Assembly (NCBI RefSeq): GCF_009914755.1
Contig: NC_060947.1
DNA from: the human T2T-CHM13v2.0 reference genome, Homo sapiens
DNA: 64,000 bases
Strand: one strand, 5' to 3'
Part shown: positions 13,370 through 36,879 of the stretch, one piece after another
How the letters are laid out: each line of letters begins with the position of its first letter
How positions within the stretch are numbered: the first letter of the stretch is position 1
Made by a program: the position numbers and the translations under genes
The notes under the pieces: generated by a model
Database searches by the model: none
What the model saw: only the letters and a program-made list of their open reading frames with translations
What the model was told of the DNA's origin: nothing

Positions 13370-16300
13370 TTAGGTTAAAGGGCTGAAAGAACAGGCCAAA
13401 GAAAGTGGGTTCAACTGTGGCTTCGAAATGTGGAAATTGGTGAACAAAATGGTGATGGTGTTGGTGGGTACTTCCTTTTTACTGTTACTTAATGTTTAAT
13501 AAGAAAGCATGGGAGTAAAAGATGAGAGTTTAGGCTTAGTAACAGTTACAAAGTTCTTGACAGTGAAATCTTTTTAGACTAAGGCATGGTCTCCAGTGGA
13601 ATGTGACAGCATCATTTATGGTATTTAAATATGGACTGTGCAATATTTGTGAAGGCTAATCATAGAAAGCAATCTCATACTGGTAAGAGGAAGGATTGTA
13701 CTACCCTTTAAATGCTTTCCATCTTTTCATTTGGTGTCTCACCCTTATAATGATCATTTTCATGTTTTGTTTTGTTTTTTCTTGTTGTGTTACAACACAT
13801 ATTTGAAAAGCCAGCCAGAAAAATTAAAAAGAAACTTGGTTTGGTAAGCTTTGAGTCTTTAGTAGATGAAATGTGGAAAATAAAGTTTAAAAAAGTTAAA
13901 AATATATTGTGTTAGATAGAGAAAACTGGCACATAATTTTTTAATAGGCAGTCAGTTGGTTTTAGCAATCACAATAATGACAGAGTAGGAGGAGCAATGG
14001 GAAAAAAGAATTATTTTTTGATAAGGAATGTTGTTATTCCTTGTAATGAGTTCCTCTAAGGGGAACTCTACTTTGCTTCTTACTGTTTCCATAGCATCTT
14101 CACAGATATTTATTTGGAGCCCAGAAGTTAAGACTGGGGCTGAACAAAATGGTGAAATAGCCACCTTACCCTCAGCTGTACTCTGCCCGTATCTTTTTGG
14201 ATTAGAGAGTGCTGCATGGGACTTCAGAGATTACTTATTCCATCTATCTTTTCCACTTTTGATAGACGTAGAAATTTGAATTTAGAGAGGGGGAGGACTT
14301 GCTCAAGGTCATGGGATATTTCTAGAAAAGGAACCGATACTATGTGTTTTGACTTCCAGGTCAGTATTCTTTCTACCACATCATGGTTTATGGTGTGCCG
14401 CCTTTCCTTTTAGAGTTTATCCAGTCCCTATGTCCTTAACACTCAAGCTCCCCTTCCAAGTGGGATCCAACAAAAATCCAGTATCTTCTTTTACTCATTG
14501 TTGTATTGTACATGCACATCCTTAGTCTTCCCAACATTGTCAGAACTTTTCTCTCTACCAAGGAATGGATAATGAAGCCACATTAATCTGTTCATGGCTA
14601 TTTGTATATTACCTCTCAAGGGTAGACCTATTTTAACAGCATTCTAACCCAAAGAGATACTGTCGTGGTAGAAATTTCAATCAACAAAATAGGCTTCAAG
14701 GGAAATATTTTGGATCGGGATGGTTTTTCTAAAGTTCTTGAAATCACATGTACATGATTACCTACTGGGCCAAAACAATGAGTTGCGTTTTGTTAAGGTA
14801 TACTGTTTTCTCCATTTCTGAGGTATTAAAATGGACTGCTAGCAACTGGACTAACAGTTATTTTGCATTCCAATTTACTGTGGCCTTACAGCTAGGGCCT
14901 GGGTCCTTAATAATAAATTGCCTCTTTAAAGGGAATTTCAGTGACTTAGCACATCAGACGTGGATAATACATAAATCACATCTATTATACATTTCTGAGA
15001 AAGAAAATCCTACCAAAAGGACACTTTGCAGTTTTATTTCAGTTTTCATTTCTGCTTTTAATCATAAATTGGCCATGGTTGACTGGACAGCATTTTAAAT
15101 GACCCAGAAAATGTTTCCAGTCTTTCTACAAAAAGGGCTCTCTTTTGGGTACTTTTTCCTATTGCAAATATGCTTAAAAAACAGATTTCTTGGCTTCTTC
15201 TGCAGTAAATATCCTTGTTCCATTAGACGAAGCTGTTCTTTTTCTCCTGCAAAACTAACCTACAAATATTTTGAAATATAGTAGTTAATCCTTGTAACAT
15301 ACTAGAATTGTTTAATTTTTTGAGCTGCACACTCAGCCTGACAAAAACTGTAACATACACATATCTATCTAAAAATGGCTGCTGTCTTTCTTTCTTTACT
15401 GTTACAAAAATTTCAGCTGGGGAGATTCTCCTACCTACCCTTAACCCTTGTCATATTCTGGTTCACGGTAAGGAAGGATTTTATTTTAATGAATATTTCA
15501 GAGAATGAGTCTCTCTAGTGTAAAAAAAATATGTCAGACTTTTGAAACAACATTTTCTTCCTGGTGTGCTGTACTTTGTGGAATGAAAGCCCATAAACCA
15601 AAGGCTCTGGAAAAAGATGCCAAGGTCACAAATATTTACCTGAAGGAAGTAACAGGATATAAGAGTCAAAAAAGTAAAATATAAAATAAAAGAAAAAACA
15701 GTGAAATGAAAGTTGCTGTGGATAGTTTTAGTGAGCTGAGTTCATTTAAAGGCAGAAGCAGAACTTTCCAGAGGTATGGCAAGAGCAAATGTTTTTTCTC
15801 CATCTCAAACCTAAAGGAGAATAAGTGTCTTACAATTGAGCTTCACTGAATATAGTTTGCACAATCATTTTTGCGACATAAGAGTGAGGTTAGAAAATAA
15901 GTACAAGTTAAAATTAGCAAAGAACTAGCTGAAGTCATATGCATATACAGACCCAATTTCTCATTCCAAGAAGCATTCAATTAAGTATTTGAAGGACTTT
16001 TTCAGTAAATATAATTTAGTCCCAAGGTAAGCCAAAGGCTATATTTTATTTTTCATTTTAAGCAGAACTAGATTATTTTGGTTTGGTTTAAACCTATGAA
16101 ACTAGAAATAGTGCCACTTTCATGTAGGTTAACAGTCATATTTCTGTGCCTTTGGTTACAGATTCCCGAAAATGTCTAGCAGACCTATATATTCTATGAT
16201 AACTGAATTATTCTTACAAATGTTAGTCTAAAAGCTTTTTCTGCTAACAAAACTGAGATATTGGTACCAAAATTCGTTCTTCATATTTCAAACAAAGATG

Positions 16301-17759
16301 GGAAAGAGTTGTAGTCAAAGCTATGTTAGCTCGCTTGTTTAACCAGTACTTTACACAGCTCTTGAACATTTGCTCTATGAACAACTGATGTTGGCTTTCA
16401 AGTCTCTCTCTCATTGGATTTTTGTTCCAGTTGGATACATAATAGTAAAGTTGCAATATTTAGGAAAAATACTGAGGCTTCAATGGGAATGGAATAGCCA
16501 AACAAACATTCAGAACTTTTATGCTTTGGGGCGTAAGAACAGAGAAAGGCTGTGTTAAGGCAAATGATACAGTATCAATTTCTGTGAAATTCCCATTTGA
16601 TGAATAATGTGCAGTAGCACAGATAATCTATCAAGGAGCCCCAACAAGTTTACGTTTTCCAATAGTAAGGAGCAGGAGACCAATATAATGGACTCTAATT
16701 ATGTTACACCTTCTGTGAGCATAAACTTTATTTCCATGAGAATGTAAGGTACGTCAATTAAATGTTTTGTTGCCTTCTATCGTAGCTGGTAATCTTAAAA
16801 TCACTGGTAATATTTTCCCCACAAAAATATTTATCTTAAGTAAACCATTTAATAATGAATAAATTAAGGCAGGAGGTATACGACATTTTCCCCTAACTAA
16901 AGGGAAGCTAAAGAAGTTACTTCTACACTTTTCATTAGCTAGGGGCAATTACTATTGATGCAAACATGTCTGAATCCACAACTTTGTGGACTTAAGTAAA
17001 AGTTTCTCTTAAAACCCTGGTGACATTATCCAGAAGGCTAGAGGAGGCCTGTATGGATTGGGAATTGACAGGCCTTACGTCTTCTGTATTCTCTGGTGAA
17101 TGAATACCCACCACCCACCAACTCCCACTTCCCTACTTGTAAAATGGGAACCTGCAAATGGTGAACAGCCATCTGGGCAAGGAGCTGTGCTTCCAAACTG
17201 ATGAAGGAAGCAGCTGCCCTCTAGAGGAGGACTGAAAAAGGGATTAGCCAGATTTCTTTGCAGGGCAGGCCACACGTTGGGATGCTCAGAAAATCGATAG
17301 CTTCCAAATGTTCTTTGTGTTCCCTACAGTAATGGGTCTCTGAGGCAGAGCCAGACTTAGAGCCACATGTGAAAGGAGATTATTAAATACATACTTCTCC
17401 TCATTGTGCCTCAAGATTAGTTGAGAGAAATACATTAAAAATAATGGGAAAACTGGATCACCACAGTGAAATAACTCATGGTAGAAAGCAATCATTTGAA
17501 CCTAATTAACAGTGCACTTACTGGAAAATCAACAGCTATCCAGCTAAAAGAGTTCAGAAATTTGGTCATAGAGGCAATAGTCACCTGAACTTGTATCTGA
17601 AACACCAAGGAATGGTCTTGTGATCAATCGAATTGTTTTTATTTTGGCCTTCATTTTCTTCTCTCTTACTTAATCTCTTAGGCTAGCAGCCACAACCTGT
17701 CTTCTCCCTTCCTCTCTATTCTGGGCCCCATTTCAAGGACACTTTCACAAGCATTTTCC

Positions 17760-19110
17760 ATTCCTTTGATTTCTTCACCTTCTATCTCACAGCTTTGGCA
17801 ATTCCTGCCCAGGCTTGATTCAGTTCAGTGGTCCACTTTGCCTGTTCTTGTTCCCAGGCTGCTGAAGACCCATCTGGGGAAAATTACATATTCATGTTCA
17901 TTGGCTTCATGACAAATGCATGCTTTCCAATCTCAGCTCGGCCCTCAACTCTTATCCTTAATCCGTTTCTCATCCATAGTTGGCTTCTTCTACTTTTTCC
18001 CACAGCAGCTGTTCCAAACCTTCATTTTTCTTCTCAGGCCCACACTTCTGGCCTTCTCATTTTGAGCAGATAACCTACATTTCTGTTTATCTTTTAAAAA
18101 TGCCATCAGGTGACAGTTCTCTCCTACTTCCCCATCCAATGTTCTTGTAGTCATTCATTCTTTTTCTTCTCCTCTCCTATATCATTGAACCTCGTTTTAA
18201 TTCTTCTCACCTTTTCTCACAGCTTGCAAATGTGTTCCAGTATCAACTGTTTTACACAAACTCCAAATCCTTTATTCCTCTCCCAATGCTTCAAGCTATA
18301 TCTGCTTCATTCATTTCATAACCAAACTTCTTGTAAACATAGTTAATATTTGGTGTCTCGAATTCTTCTTCTTGAATTTACTTCTCAACCCACATGTATT
18401 CAGATTTCTGCTAGGCTTGTCACAAAAGAGTTATAAAAATCAGTAGTACACTTGCATCTCTCCCCTAACATTTCCTGCTTTCCAGAGGCAATCACTTTCT
18501 TCTAGCTGTTAAATTAGTTAACATGAAACCACCTGCTTTCCAGCTTCTAAAATTATATGGTTGTCTCCTTTCTTTCTCGCTTTGCATCTGTGGGTTCATG
18601 ACTTTTAAAAATCCATACTGCTGTATTAGAGGAATTTGAGGAAGGAACAAAAGTAGATACTAAGGTTCAATCAGTGATGTCTCAGCTTCCTTTCTCATTT
18701 CATTCTACCTGTTCTTCTTGTGTGATCACATTCACTCCCTTGGCTTCAACTGCATCCTTTATGAATATGACTCAATAATATATATCTCCCATTGTGAATT
18801 TTTTTCTGAACATCAGGCCATCTATCTATGGTACTAGAATTCTCCGGGTAGGTGTCCTATAGGCATGTCAATACAACCTATTCAAAACCAAACTCATCTT
18901 TTCCCCTCCAAATTTGTTCTCCCTCCTTCCTTTCTACTCCTAGCTAATGATATCACTCAGTCATTTAAGCTAGGATATGTAGAGTCATGCTCATTGACTT
19001 CCCAAACAAGGAACTGGTGTGTTTCATGAAAGGCAGAGATAAAGTCTCATTCATTTCTGGGTCCCATAGCCATTAGCCCAGGCTCTCACATAATAATAAT
19101 GTGTTGAATT
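17760..19110 (+). mobile_element. L2 fragments
   Basis: Pyrimidine-rich, with ggcttcaact...tatatctcc...caaaaccaaactcatctt...tcactcagtcatttaagctagg L2-like blocks. Confidence 0.55.
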
Positions 19111-19733
19111 GATGGGAACTTGCTATTGGAGGCTAAATATAGTGCAAGGATAAAGTTACCATACAGACAAAGAAATACATAACAATGTGTTTAGCTCATG
19201 TGTGGTTAAATTGCTTATTTCACAAAATTCTTACTTGACATGAAACCCAAGTTATGCATGATTTATTTATGATTAAAAGCATCTTTCTTGTTTCGTTTTT
19301 AAAATACTTGAGTGTGCATAGAAATAAAAGGAACTGTATAACCTCTGCCTCACTCTACATATCTTTGTAAGCAAAATTCTGGTTTAGAGATTCAAAACTT
19401 CTTGTGTCTTAATGAAGACCTCTAAAAGTTCTTTGTTAAAAGCAGCAGAAATGTTTAATTTAGAGGCTCTAGTCAACTATTAGCTAGCTGCAAATGCTTC
19501 CAATATGGCTTTCTATTACTTCTTTCAGGAGGCATTCCACAGTTCTATTTTCATAAATACAAAATAAGAACAATAGTAATTGCCTCTGGGACATATAGGG
19601 GAGAAGTAGACAATATATAAGAATAAAATGCTCCTTTTCCTTTTTCTTCTCCTTGTCTCTAAGCAGAAAAAAAAATGTACACATGAATATCCTAGTGACA
19701 TTTCTTTGGATGTCACAGTGGTTAAAAGTTTTT

Positions 19734-19998
19734 CTTTGGGAGGCTGAGGTGGGCGGATCACAAAGTCAGGAGGTCGAGACCATCCTGGCTAACACAGTGA
19801 AACTCCGTCTGTACTAAAAATACAAAAAATTAGCCGGGTGTGGTGGCAGGTGCCTGTAGTCCCAGCTACTCAGGAGGCTGAGGCAGGAGAATGGCGTGAA
19901 CCTGGGGGGCGGAGCTTGCAGTGAGCCGAGATCGCACCACTGCACTCCAGCCTGGGCGACAGAGCGACACTCCGTCTCAAAAAAAAAAAAAAAAAAAA
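19734..19998 (+). mobile_element. 5'-truncated AluY
   Basis: gagaccatcctggctaacac, gaatggcgtgaacc, ggagcttgcagtgagccgag; starts at ctttgggagg; TSD aaaagtttt on both sides. Confidence 0.93.
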
Positions 19999-20199
19999 AG
20001 TTTTCCTTATTCTCTTTCATAATTTTATGAGGAGAATATGCACTTATGGATATTCACTCACGGATCAATCCTTCCAGATGAGCCTGTTAATTTTGATTAT
20101 GCACATTCAATTTGCATCAAGATTTATTTTTTAGATAAAATCTTGAGCAATTACAGTTTCCAGCTGAGAGCATTGTAAACTGGGCCCCTGCTATTTTCC

Positions 20200-20420
20200 A
20201 TATCCTATGCCACAGACTTCACATATATTTTCTTACTTAACCCTTGCTGTAGCCCCCAGATGTAGAAATTAAGAATATTTGGCATTTTGTTTTACAAACC
20301 AGAGAAATGGATGTTTGAGAAGTTAAGAAACTTACCTATAACTGAAAACAGAGCAAATAAGTAGTAGACTTATTTGTATCCCAGTCGCTTGACTTTAAGT
20401 CCAATATTCTTCCCATTATA
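20200..20420 (-). mobile_element. MIR
   Basis: ttttacaaaccagagaaatgg...gagaagttaagaaacttacc...tatttgtatcccagtc. Confidence 0.6.
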
Positions 20421-22049
20421 GAATAAAAACTCATTACTCAACAGCTACTCTTTTGTACTTATGTGCAGATAAAATCTTATATCACTTTAATCAGTAATGT
20501 TTTACTTAGTGCCCACTATGGTGGAATTAGTTCTATTGAGTTGAGTGCAAATATATTTGGTAGCAGTGGCAAGAAATAGAAATATAGGTTTCTCCATCTG
20601 TCAATGTGATTGGTGACAACTAGGGCCAGTCTTATGCAGAGGTTGAATAAGTAGAGTAGTGAATGTGCTGAGAGTTATTGAGTACAGATTATTATAACTG
20701 GAAGAAATCTACATAAACTGTTCAGTTTTTCAGAGAGGAAAACCACATTTCATAGAAACCAAGTGACCATTTCAAAGCCACGGTGTCAATGAGCAAGACA
20801 GACAGCACTAGAACTTATATCTTTATTTTAGGTTCCCTTGTTTTAAGAGGAAAAAATTATTCACCTCACTTGCTGATATGCCTGAAAATTGGAGGTTCAC
20901 ACTTTTGGATTTAGTCACTATCCACTAATATACTGATATTCTTAGAAGAGGTAGCTAACTCATTCTGTTGTGAGTTCTCAGCCTCTCTTTGGAGAGCCAG
21001 TTGTAGGCTGAGTAAGGTGGTGAATGAAAGACAAGGCAATTTTGAGTTGAGTGGGGAAGAGAGAAATCCAAGGCCCTGACTGCTGGGGAGGATGGTAATA
21101 AGAAAAGATTCTGGGTCATTATGGGGCAGTTTGAAGCTATAAGGCACTTGGGGAGCTATAGAGAAGAGACAGATAGCACAAAATGAGAGAGGGAATAGAA
21201 AATAGCAATGCATGGCCAATGAATATATGCTCAGCCAACTCCACAGTACTGGCTTTAGGCAATAGTGTCTTTTTATAACTTTGCTTGTTGTTATCTTCTA
21301 CTAATATGGCCAAATTGGGATTTAGAGAAATGCTTTTGTGCATGTGAGGGTTTGTATTTTTTTTCATAAGTTGGGTCATAAATCCTGGATGTTATTTGAC
21401 CCTGTGGTACTTGAAACCATTATCAGAATGTTTCCCTTCTTATTCATCTAAGCACACATACGGCCCTCACAGCCAATCAGCCCTGAAACTAATTGTGTCC
21501 CCAAGGTCAAACCAGAAAGCCCTGTTGATTGCTTTACCTAAATCCAGGGATACTTTATGAAGTAATTTGTTAATTACTCTAATTTGTTCCAAGGTAAAGT
21601 GATTAATCTGTTTAGTACAATGTGTTTTTGGTTAGTATCTACAATTCTGATAGCTTGTGATTTAATTTTGTGTTAGGCCTGAAGGACTGTCTTTTTTTCT
21701 GGATTTTACCTATCAAGGAGTAACTATCAGGAGACATCTTGCTTCATTTTGATGGGAGTGAAACTCACTTTTTACATTTATTTATTCTCTCTTCTGGTCT
21801 CTTGTAATTTATAAAGCTCCTTGCCCTTGAATTCCCAGTGCATTAGCTAACTCTTTAGGATCCTCAGGTTACAGTCATTGCCTTTTGTGTAGATTTGACA
21901 TGTCTTATTTTTCTCTCTTCTTAGTGGTGAGAGTAAGAATTCATTTGATCTGTGACAGCTCTAGTACATTGATGTACTAAAACTGTTTCTGTTCTTTATT
22001 TGGAGTCAGCTCCATGCATTTTAAACTTCTTTGTTTTCTGATTATGTGC

Positions 22050-22830
22050 AGAGCAGCAGGATCCTGCATTAGGCTATACTGAGCATGTCAGAGCAGCAGT
22101 AGAAGTGAGTAAAACAGGAACCCTGTCCTTAAATAAATTACAGTCCAGTGAGACACAAGATCATGGACATGAATGAGTTGATACACAGAAGAATGTAATA
22201 AGCATGATTAGAGAGGTTTAGAAGTAGTGCTGTGGGAGCACAGGATAGGGAGAAATTATATTTATTTGAGAAATCAGAGAAAGCTTCATGGAAGCAGTAA
22301 GAATGTAAATTGAACCTTAAAGGATGGTTGGAATCCAATAAGCAAAAAGGAATAATGTAGAGAGGGTGTGTCTTATAGAGGAAACAGCATTGAATATAGG
22401 TATGGAAGTGAGAAAGTGCAAGACACACTCAGGAAAGAGTGAATACATTAGTTGAATGGTAGCATGGATCTGAATGGCAAGGATAAACACTTTGGACATT
22501 TTATCGGATGCAATGGGGAGCCACTGAAGAATTTTGAGCACTAGAATGACGTATTTCAAGACGTTCTTTAGAAAGATTGCTCTGGCAACAGTGCAAGGGA
22601 AGAACTTGACAGGGTTAAACTTCGAGGCAGAGCAACCAGTTAAGAGACTGTTCCAATAGTCCAAAAATATAATGAGAACCTAAGTGAGTCAGTAAATATT
22701 AGGAGGTGAGAAGGAGGTGTTTGCAAGAGATATTTGGGAAGACTTAGTTACTGACTGGATATAGGGAATTCTAGAAATCTTGGGTAATCAGTAAAGTGGT
22801 TCTGTCAATATACAAGCTAAAAAATTCAGT
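22050..22830 (-). mobile_element. L2
   Basis: aaagcttcatggaag...gaaccttaaaggatgg...caatggggagccactgaagaattttgagc...agaaagattgctctggc...ccagttaagagactgttccaatagtcca. Confidence 0.8.
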
Positions 22831-22833
22831 AGG

Positions 22834-23099
22834 ATTCAGAAGACATACATTTGGTCAACAATCACATGAAAACAATCTCTACATCACTGATCATTAGAGA
22901 AATGCAAATCAAAATCATAATGGGATACCATCATATACCGGTAAGAATGGCTATTACTAAAAGGTCAAAAAATAACAGATGTTGGTGAGGTTGTGGTGAA
23001 AAGGGAATGCTTATGCACTCTTGGTGGGAGTGTACATTAGTTCAGCAATTGTGGAAGAAAGTGTGGTGATTCCTCAAGGACCTAAAGACAGAAACACCA
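22834..23099 (+). mobile_element. Host L1PA13-16-like element, left half
   Basis: ORF2 C-terminal sequence ending aaggacctaaagacagaaacacca; continues at 30666. Confidence 0.85.
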
Positions 23100-23134
23100 A
23101 AAAATAAAAAAATAAAAAATAAAAAATAAAACGC

Positions 23135-30665
<7,531 letters not shown>

Positions 30666-31375
30666 AAAGACAAAAATACAATTTGAATCAGCAATCCCAT
30701 TACTGGGTATATAACCAAAGGAATATAAATCATTATATTTTAAAGTTACATGCACGTGTATATTTATTGCAACACTATTAATAACAGGAAAGACATGGAA
30801 TCAACCTAAATGTCCATTGATGATAGACTGGATAAAGAAAATGTGGTATATATACACCATGGAATACTATGCAGCCATAAAAAAGAAGGAGATTCATTAA
30901 ATATTTTTATCGATCCTCTCCCTTCTCTAGGCTTAATACCTGGGAGATAAAATAATCTGTACAAAAAAACCCCAAGACATAAATTTACTTATGTAAAAAA
31001 AAAAAACCTGCACTTGTACCCCTGAACTTAAAATATGTTTTTTTTTTTTTTTTAACAAAGTCATGTTCTTTGCAGGAACCAGTGTGGACTTGGAGGCCTT
31101 AGCAAACTATCACAGGAACAGAAAACCAAATACCGCATGTTCTCACTTATAACTGGGAGCTAAATCATGAGAGCACAAGGACACCCAGAGAACAACATAC
31201 ACTGGGGCCTTCTGGAGCGGGGAGAGCATCAGGAAAAATAACTAATGTACTAGGCTAAACACCTGGATGATGAAATAATCTGTACAACGAATCCCTAGGA
31301 TGCAAGTTTACCTATGTAACAAACCTGCACATGGACCCCTGACTTAAAAGTTAAAAAAAATGAGTGATTAAAAAC
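30666..31375 (+). mobile_element. Host L1PA13-16-like element, right half, containing a small nested L1 at about 30895-31058
   Basis: tttgaatcagcaatcccattactggg...; 3' UTR ctaatgtactaggct...tctgtacaac...aacctgcacatggacccctgacttaaaag. Confidence 0.85.
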
Positions 31376-31529
31376 ATTAAAAAATGAAATGTACTTAGTT
31401 GAAATGTCTCCTCTCTTTTACTTATTGGGTGCAGCAATATGATGTTATCTTCTGAAGATCACTTAACAGCAGTGCTAAGATAGGAACTGAGCTCCTCTGA
31501 GGACAAATCTGGTGTTCTTTCCATGCTAT

Positions 31530-31710
31530 CATATTGTGTCAATGTTTAAAAAGTAATAGGATTGGGGAAGAATACCATCAAACACCATCAACCAAGGGAT
31601 TGATAGAAATTGAAACACCTTAGTCCTCATCGAGTCTAAACATTTCATTTTATAAAGGGTACTTTGAGGCCCAGAGAGGGATAGCCAGAGTATAATGGGT
31701 CCTGTTAGGT
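31530..31710 (-). mobile_element. MIR fragment
   Basis: catttcattttataaagggtactttgaggcccagagaggg. Confidence 0.55.
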
Positions 31711-33549
31711 ATATAGTAACCACCCAGTGGAAGTCATTGTGACCCCTTGTGAGAACAAGTACTGTGGTATTCTTGTGTTGTAACTACCAGTAAATAGTTA
31801 TATTATAGGAGAGATGAGTTGATCATATTTAATGTTCCATTTTTTATTGAAATGGCTATATTAGAAAACTGTTTTTTAGGTAGAGGGAAGAATAATGTTT
31901 TCTCCTAGTTGATTCTTTTCCTAAAAATGAGAGCTTCGTATAAAAGTAGAACACATGCCTAATAAGTATTCAACATTAAAAAGACAAGATTTCTCCTTTT
32001 TCCTTCTTGTCTTGAATTCTTTTCTTGCTATTTGAATTCTGCTTTACTTGCTACTTCTTCTCTCATTTGTTTTTTCCATCCTTCCTTTGCCAACCTCTCA
32101 GAATCCCTCACCCTAGGTCCTTGTGATAAAACTGCAGCTATGTTTTAGGTACACACACGTGTGGTGCAGGGAGGAGGTACAAGATTGATCCTTGGATTTG
32201 TAGCTATTCTCCCAAATGCATAATTCCTTGGCTTATAAAGTCTAATGACATTGGGCACTCCATTTCGTCTGTGTTTCTTTCTAACTAACTTGGAAAAATT
32301 ATCTGTACATGAGTGGAGCAGATTGAAAATGATTTAGACCTCAGTGGAGAACCAGAAATGTTGACTGAATCATTGATGCATATTTAGAAGCTAAGAGTAA
32401 AATTACTGTAACAGATGAAGGGTAAAAGTGGCCAGAAAACACAAAGAGAATACTGTCCAAAAAGATCAATAATGATTCAGGGCTTCCAAAGTCTACTACC
32501 TTTCAAATATAGAGTAAGTTAAAATGTAAAAGAGCATGAAGGCTACAAATGACTTCTGTTAAATATTAGTATACTGTATAAAATGATGGCACTACATGAA
32601 CAAATAATATGAAAATACATGGAACTTATGTGCAAAATTTCAGGCTATTTAAACAATAAACGATGAAATCAATAAATAATTACTAATTTTCTACTATGTG
32701 CAAAACTTATGCTAAATGAAGAACACAAAGATTAATAAAATAAGAGCTCTTGTCTTAGAACCTTACAAATTAATGGAGGGGAGGGGGAGACAGGACAACT
32801 GAATAAAATCTCAAAAGCAACATTTAGAGGGCTGTTTCAGAAAATATCAAAAGAGATATGATAAGGCAGTTAATATAAAAGCTAAATAAAACATACAGAT
32901 GTCAGCTTAGTGGTTGCAAGAATGCAGACTGGGGTGATCAATGAAAGATCTATGAAAGAGGTGAAATTTGAATTTGGCATTTAACAAACAATTTATATTT
33001 TGAGGGTACACACACATGCATGTTCACACGTACACATGTATACACACATAGACACAAAGATGCATGCTATTATATAGCTGCCCAATAGACCATTCATAAA
33101 TAATTTACTGCCAGTTCCTTAAAATACATGCGAGCATAATTAAGGTTATTTTGACTTAACCTATTGTAATAGAACAAATTGACATTTATTTTTCAATTTA
33201 TACCAGTGAACATTTCAAATATGTTACAATAAATTCAGATATTTGCATTATGTAAACAATGTTAAGTGAAAATAATTAGATTATTTTTGCAACAAGATGC
33301 AATGCTAATTAATGGAGTTTTCACGGGGCCTCATCCACTTTTTGGATTGGGGAAGCAGCTCCTTTACTTAACCCTGTCAGTCTCCTAGAGTTACCTTCCA
33401 TAGCTCTTTCTGTCTCCTGACACACTGCATTTCATCTTTATTTCCTGTGGCTTTATAGAATTCGTGAACTCAAAGGCCATCAATTATCTCCTAATCAACA
33501 GCCCTAATGGTCAAACCTAAGCAAATCAGGAACCTTCTTCAGCGTTTAA

Positions 33550-35160
<1,611 letters not shown>

Positions 35161-36879
35161 CAGTAGGATTTAGATGGTTAAAATCCTCAGTGAAGGGCAG
35201 GGATGTCATTGTAAGTGAGTATCATTAGGGAGGCTGAAATGTGCAAGGCATTTTAACAGAGAAACAAGTAAGCTTTTCCAACTTGAGTGACAGATTCATG
35301 GAGGACAGTGCTGCATGAGAAGCTTAGAATGATGGGTTCAAGCCATTTTGCAGTACCTTTAAAAATAAAGCCAAGGAGTTTGTTTATGTGAATATATCAC
35401 AGACAGACTTGTTTACGTTAGTATTATTTTAATGTATTGGGTATTTTATTGAAGACGAAATTATTTGAAAGTTATTAATTAATGGATGCTATAGATTTCC
35501 TCTTTCAAATAATGAGAAGATTTGTTAATTCAGATCAGAAGAAATGTTGATCAGGGAAAAAGGAATTTGTGCATTAAGATAGGGAAAGATGTAGAGGCAG
35601 ATATGCACAAGGGTGTTTGAGGGAACTGAAGGGCTTTGATTGAAGGAGAGTTGATTATATTTACCTTTATTCATTATTATGGTTATACTTATATGAACTT
35701 TTTGCATTTAATGTTATCTTCAGTGTCACAAGTTTACAGATGATAATACATGAAGAATAAGGAAATAAGATTAAGTGCTATAATATATCTAATCAGGTGA
35801 AGGATGAAATAACAAAACCTCAAAGGTAGAACCTTTTATTGAAATGTAGTCCTTTTTATTAAATAAATATTTTACATTTTCCTTTAATTGTTTAATCATT
35901 TTGGTAGATATAACAATATATAATACACAGGTGCCCTATGTATCAAAGCTAAATTATGGATGAGATTATGTCATAACTTGGCTCTTCCAATATTTCTGGC
36001 TGTAGTTCCTTGACATGGCAGGGGTCAGGTTGGAAGACTCTTTAAAAAATATTATATTATGAGGTACTATCTTTAGGTAGAAACCAATACGAAAGAGTAT
36101 GGGAACCCAAATAAAGATAGACATTTGCTTAAGTGTTGGCCATAGGACTGACAAAATTAAGTGGGAAGTATGATTTGAGATATGGGATAAATGGTTTTAT
36201 AGAAGTACTTGCATTAAATTGTCAATTAATGGAGTAGCAATAATTCTGGCATAACTAAAGTTTCTTGACAAGTCACTGTATGATTTGGGCTGTCATGTTT
36301 AGTCTCAGGGGTTCAGTTTTTCAAGCCGTAAAACGTAGGGTAAAGATGGTGGAAATGAGGAAAGGTTGCATTTGGGAGATCTCTTTAAGACTCTAGCCAA
36401 TTTCGACATTCTGTGGTTCCAGGATTTAGTTTCAAACATATTTCCAGGGAGAGCTCTGGACCCGATACATGTTCAATCTTATGTATATCTGCATTATTCG
36501 TCCAGCTTATTTAGCATCAGCAATATTTATTGGGAACTCTATGCAAGTGTATTAGATATATCTACAGCATTTAACTGTTCACACTCTAAAGGAAATATAA
36601 ACTTCTCACCCTTGCTATCCCAGCAAGGGTAGTAGCCATGTTTTATATTCTTTGACCCCATCGCCCTGCCCATAACTGGACCATACATGGGTACCTAAGC
36701 AAGGGAATTCTATTCCTAGGTTTGGCATCAATTTGTGTCCCATGAATCCCAGCATACAAAAGATGAGCTAATCCAAAGAAACTCTGCTCTGAAGCAGTTA
36801 GTGGCAGGAACAGAAGCCAAGAAATGCTTTGAGAATTGCCATAATAATGATGACAAATGCTCATGTCGCACTTTCTGTA

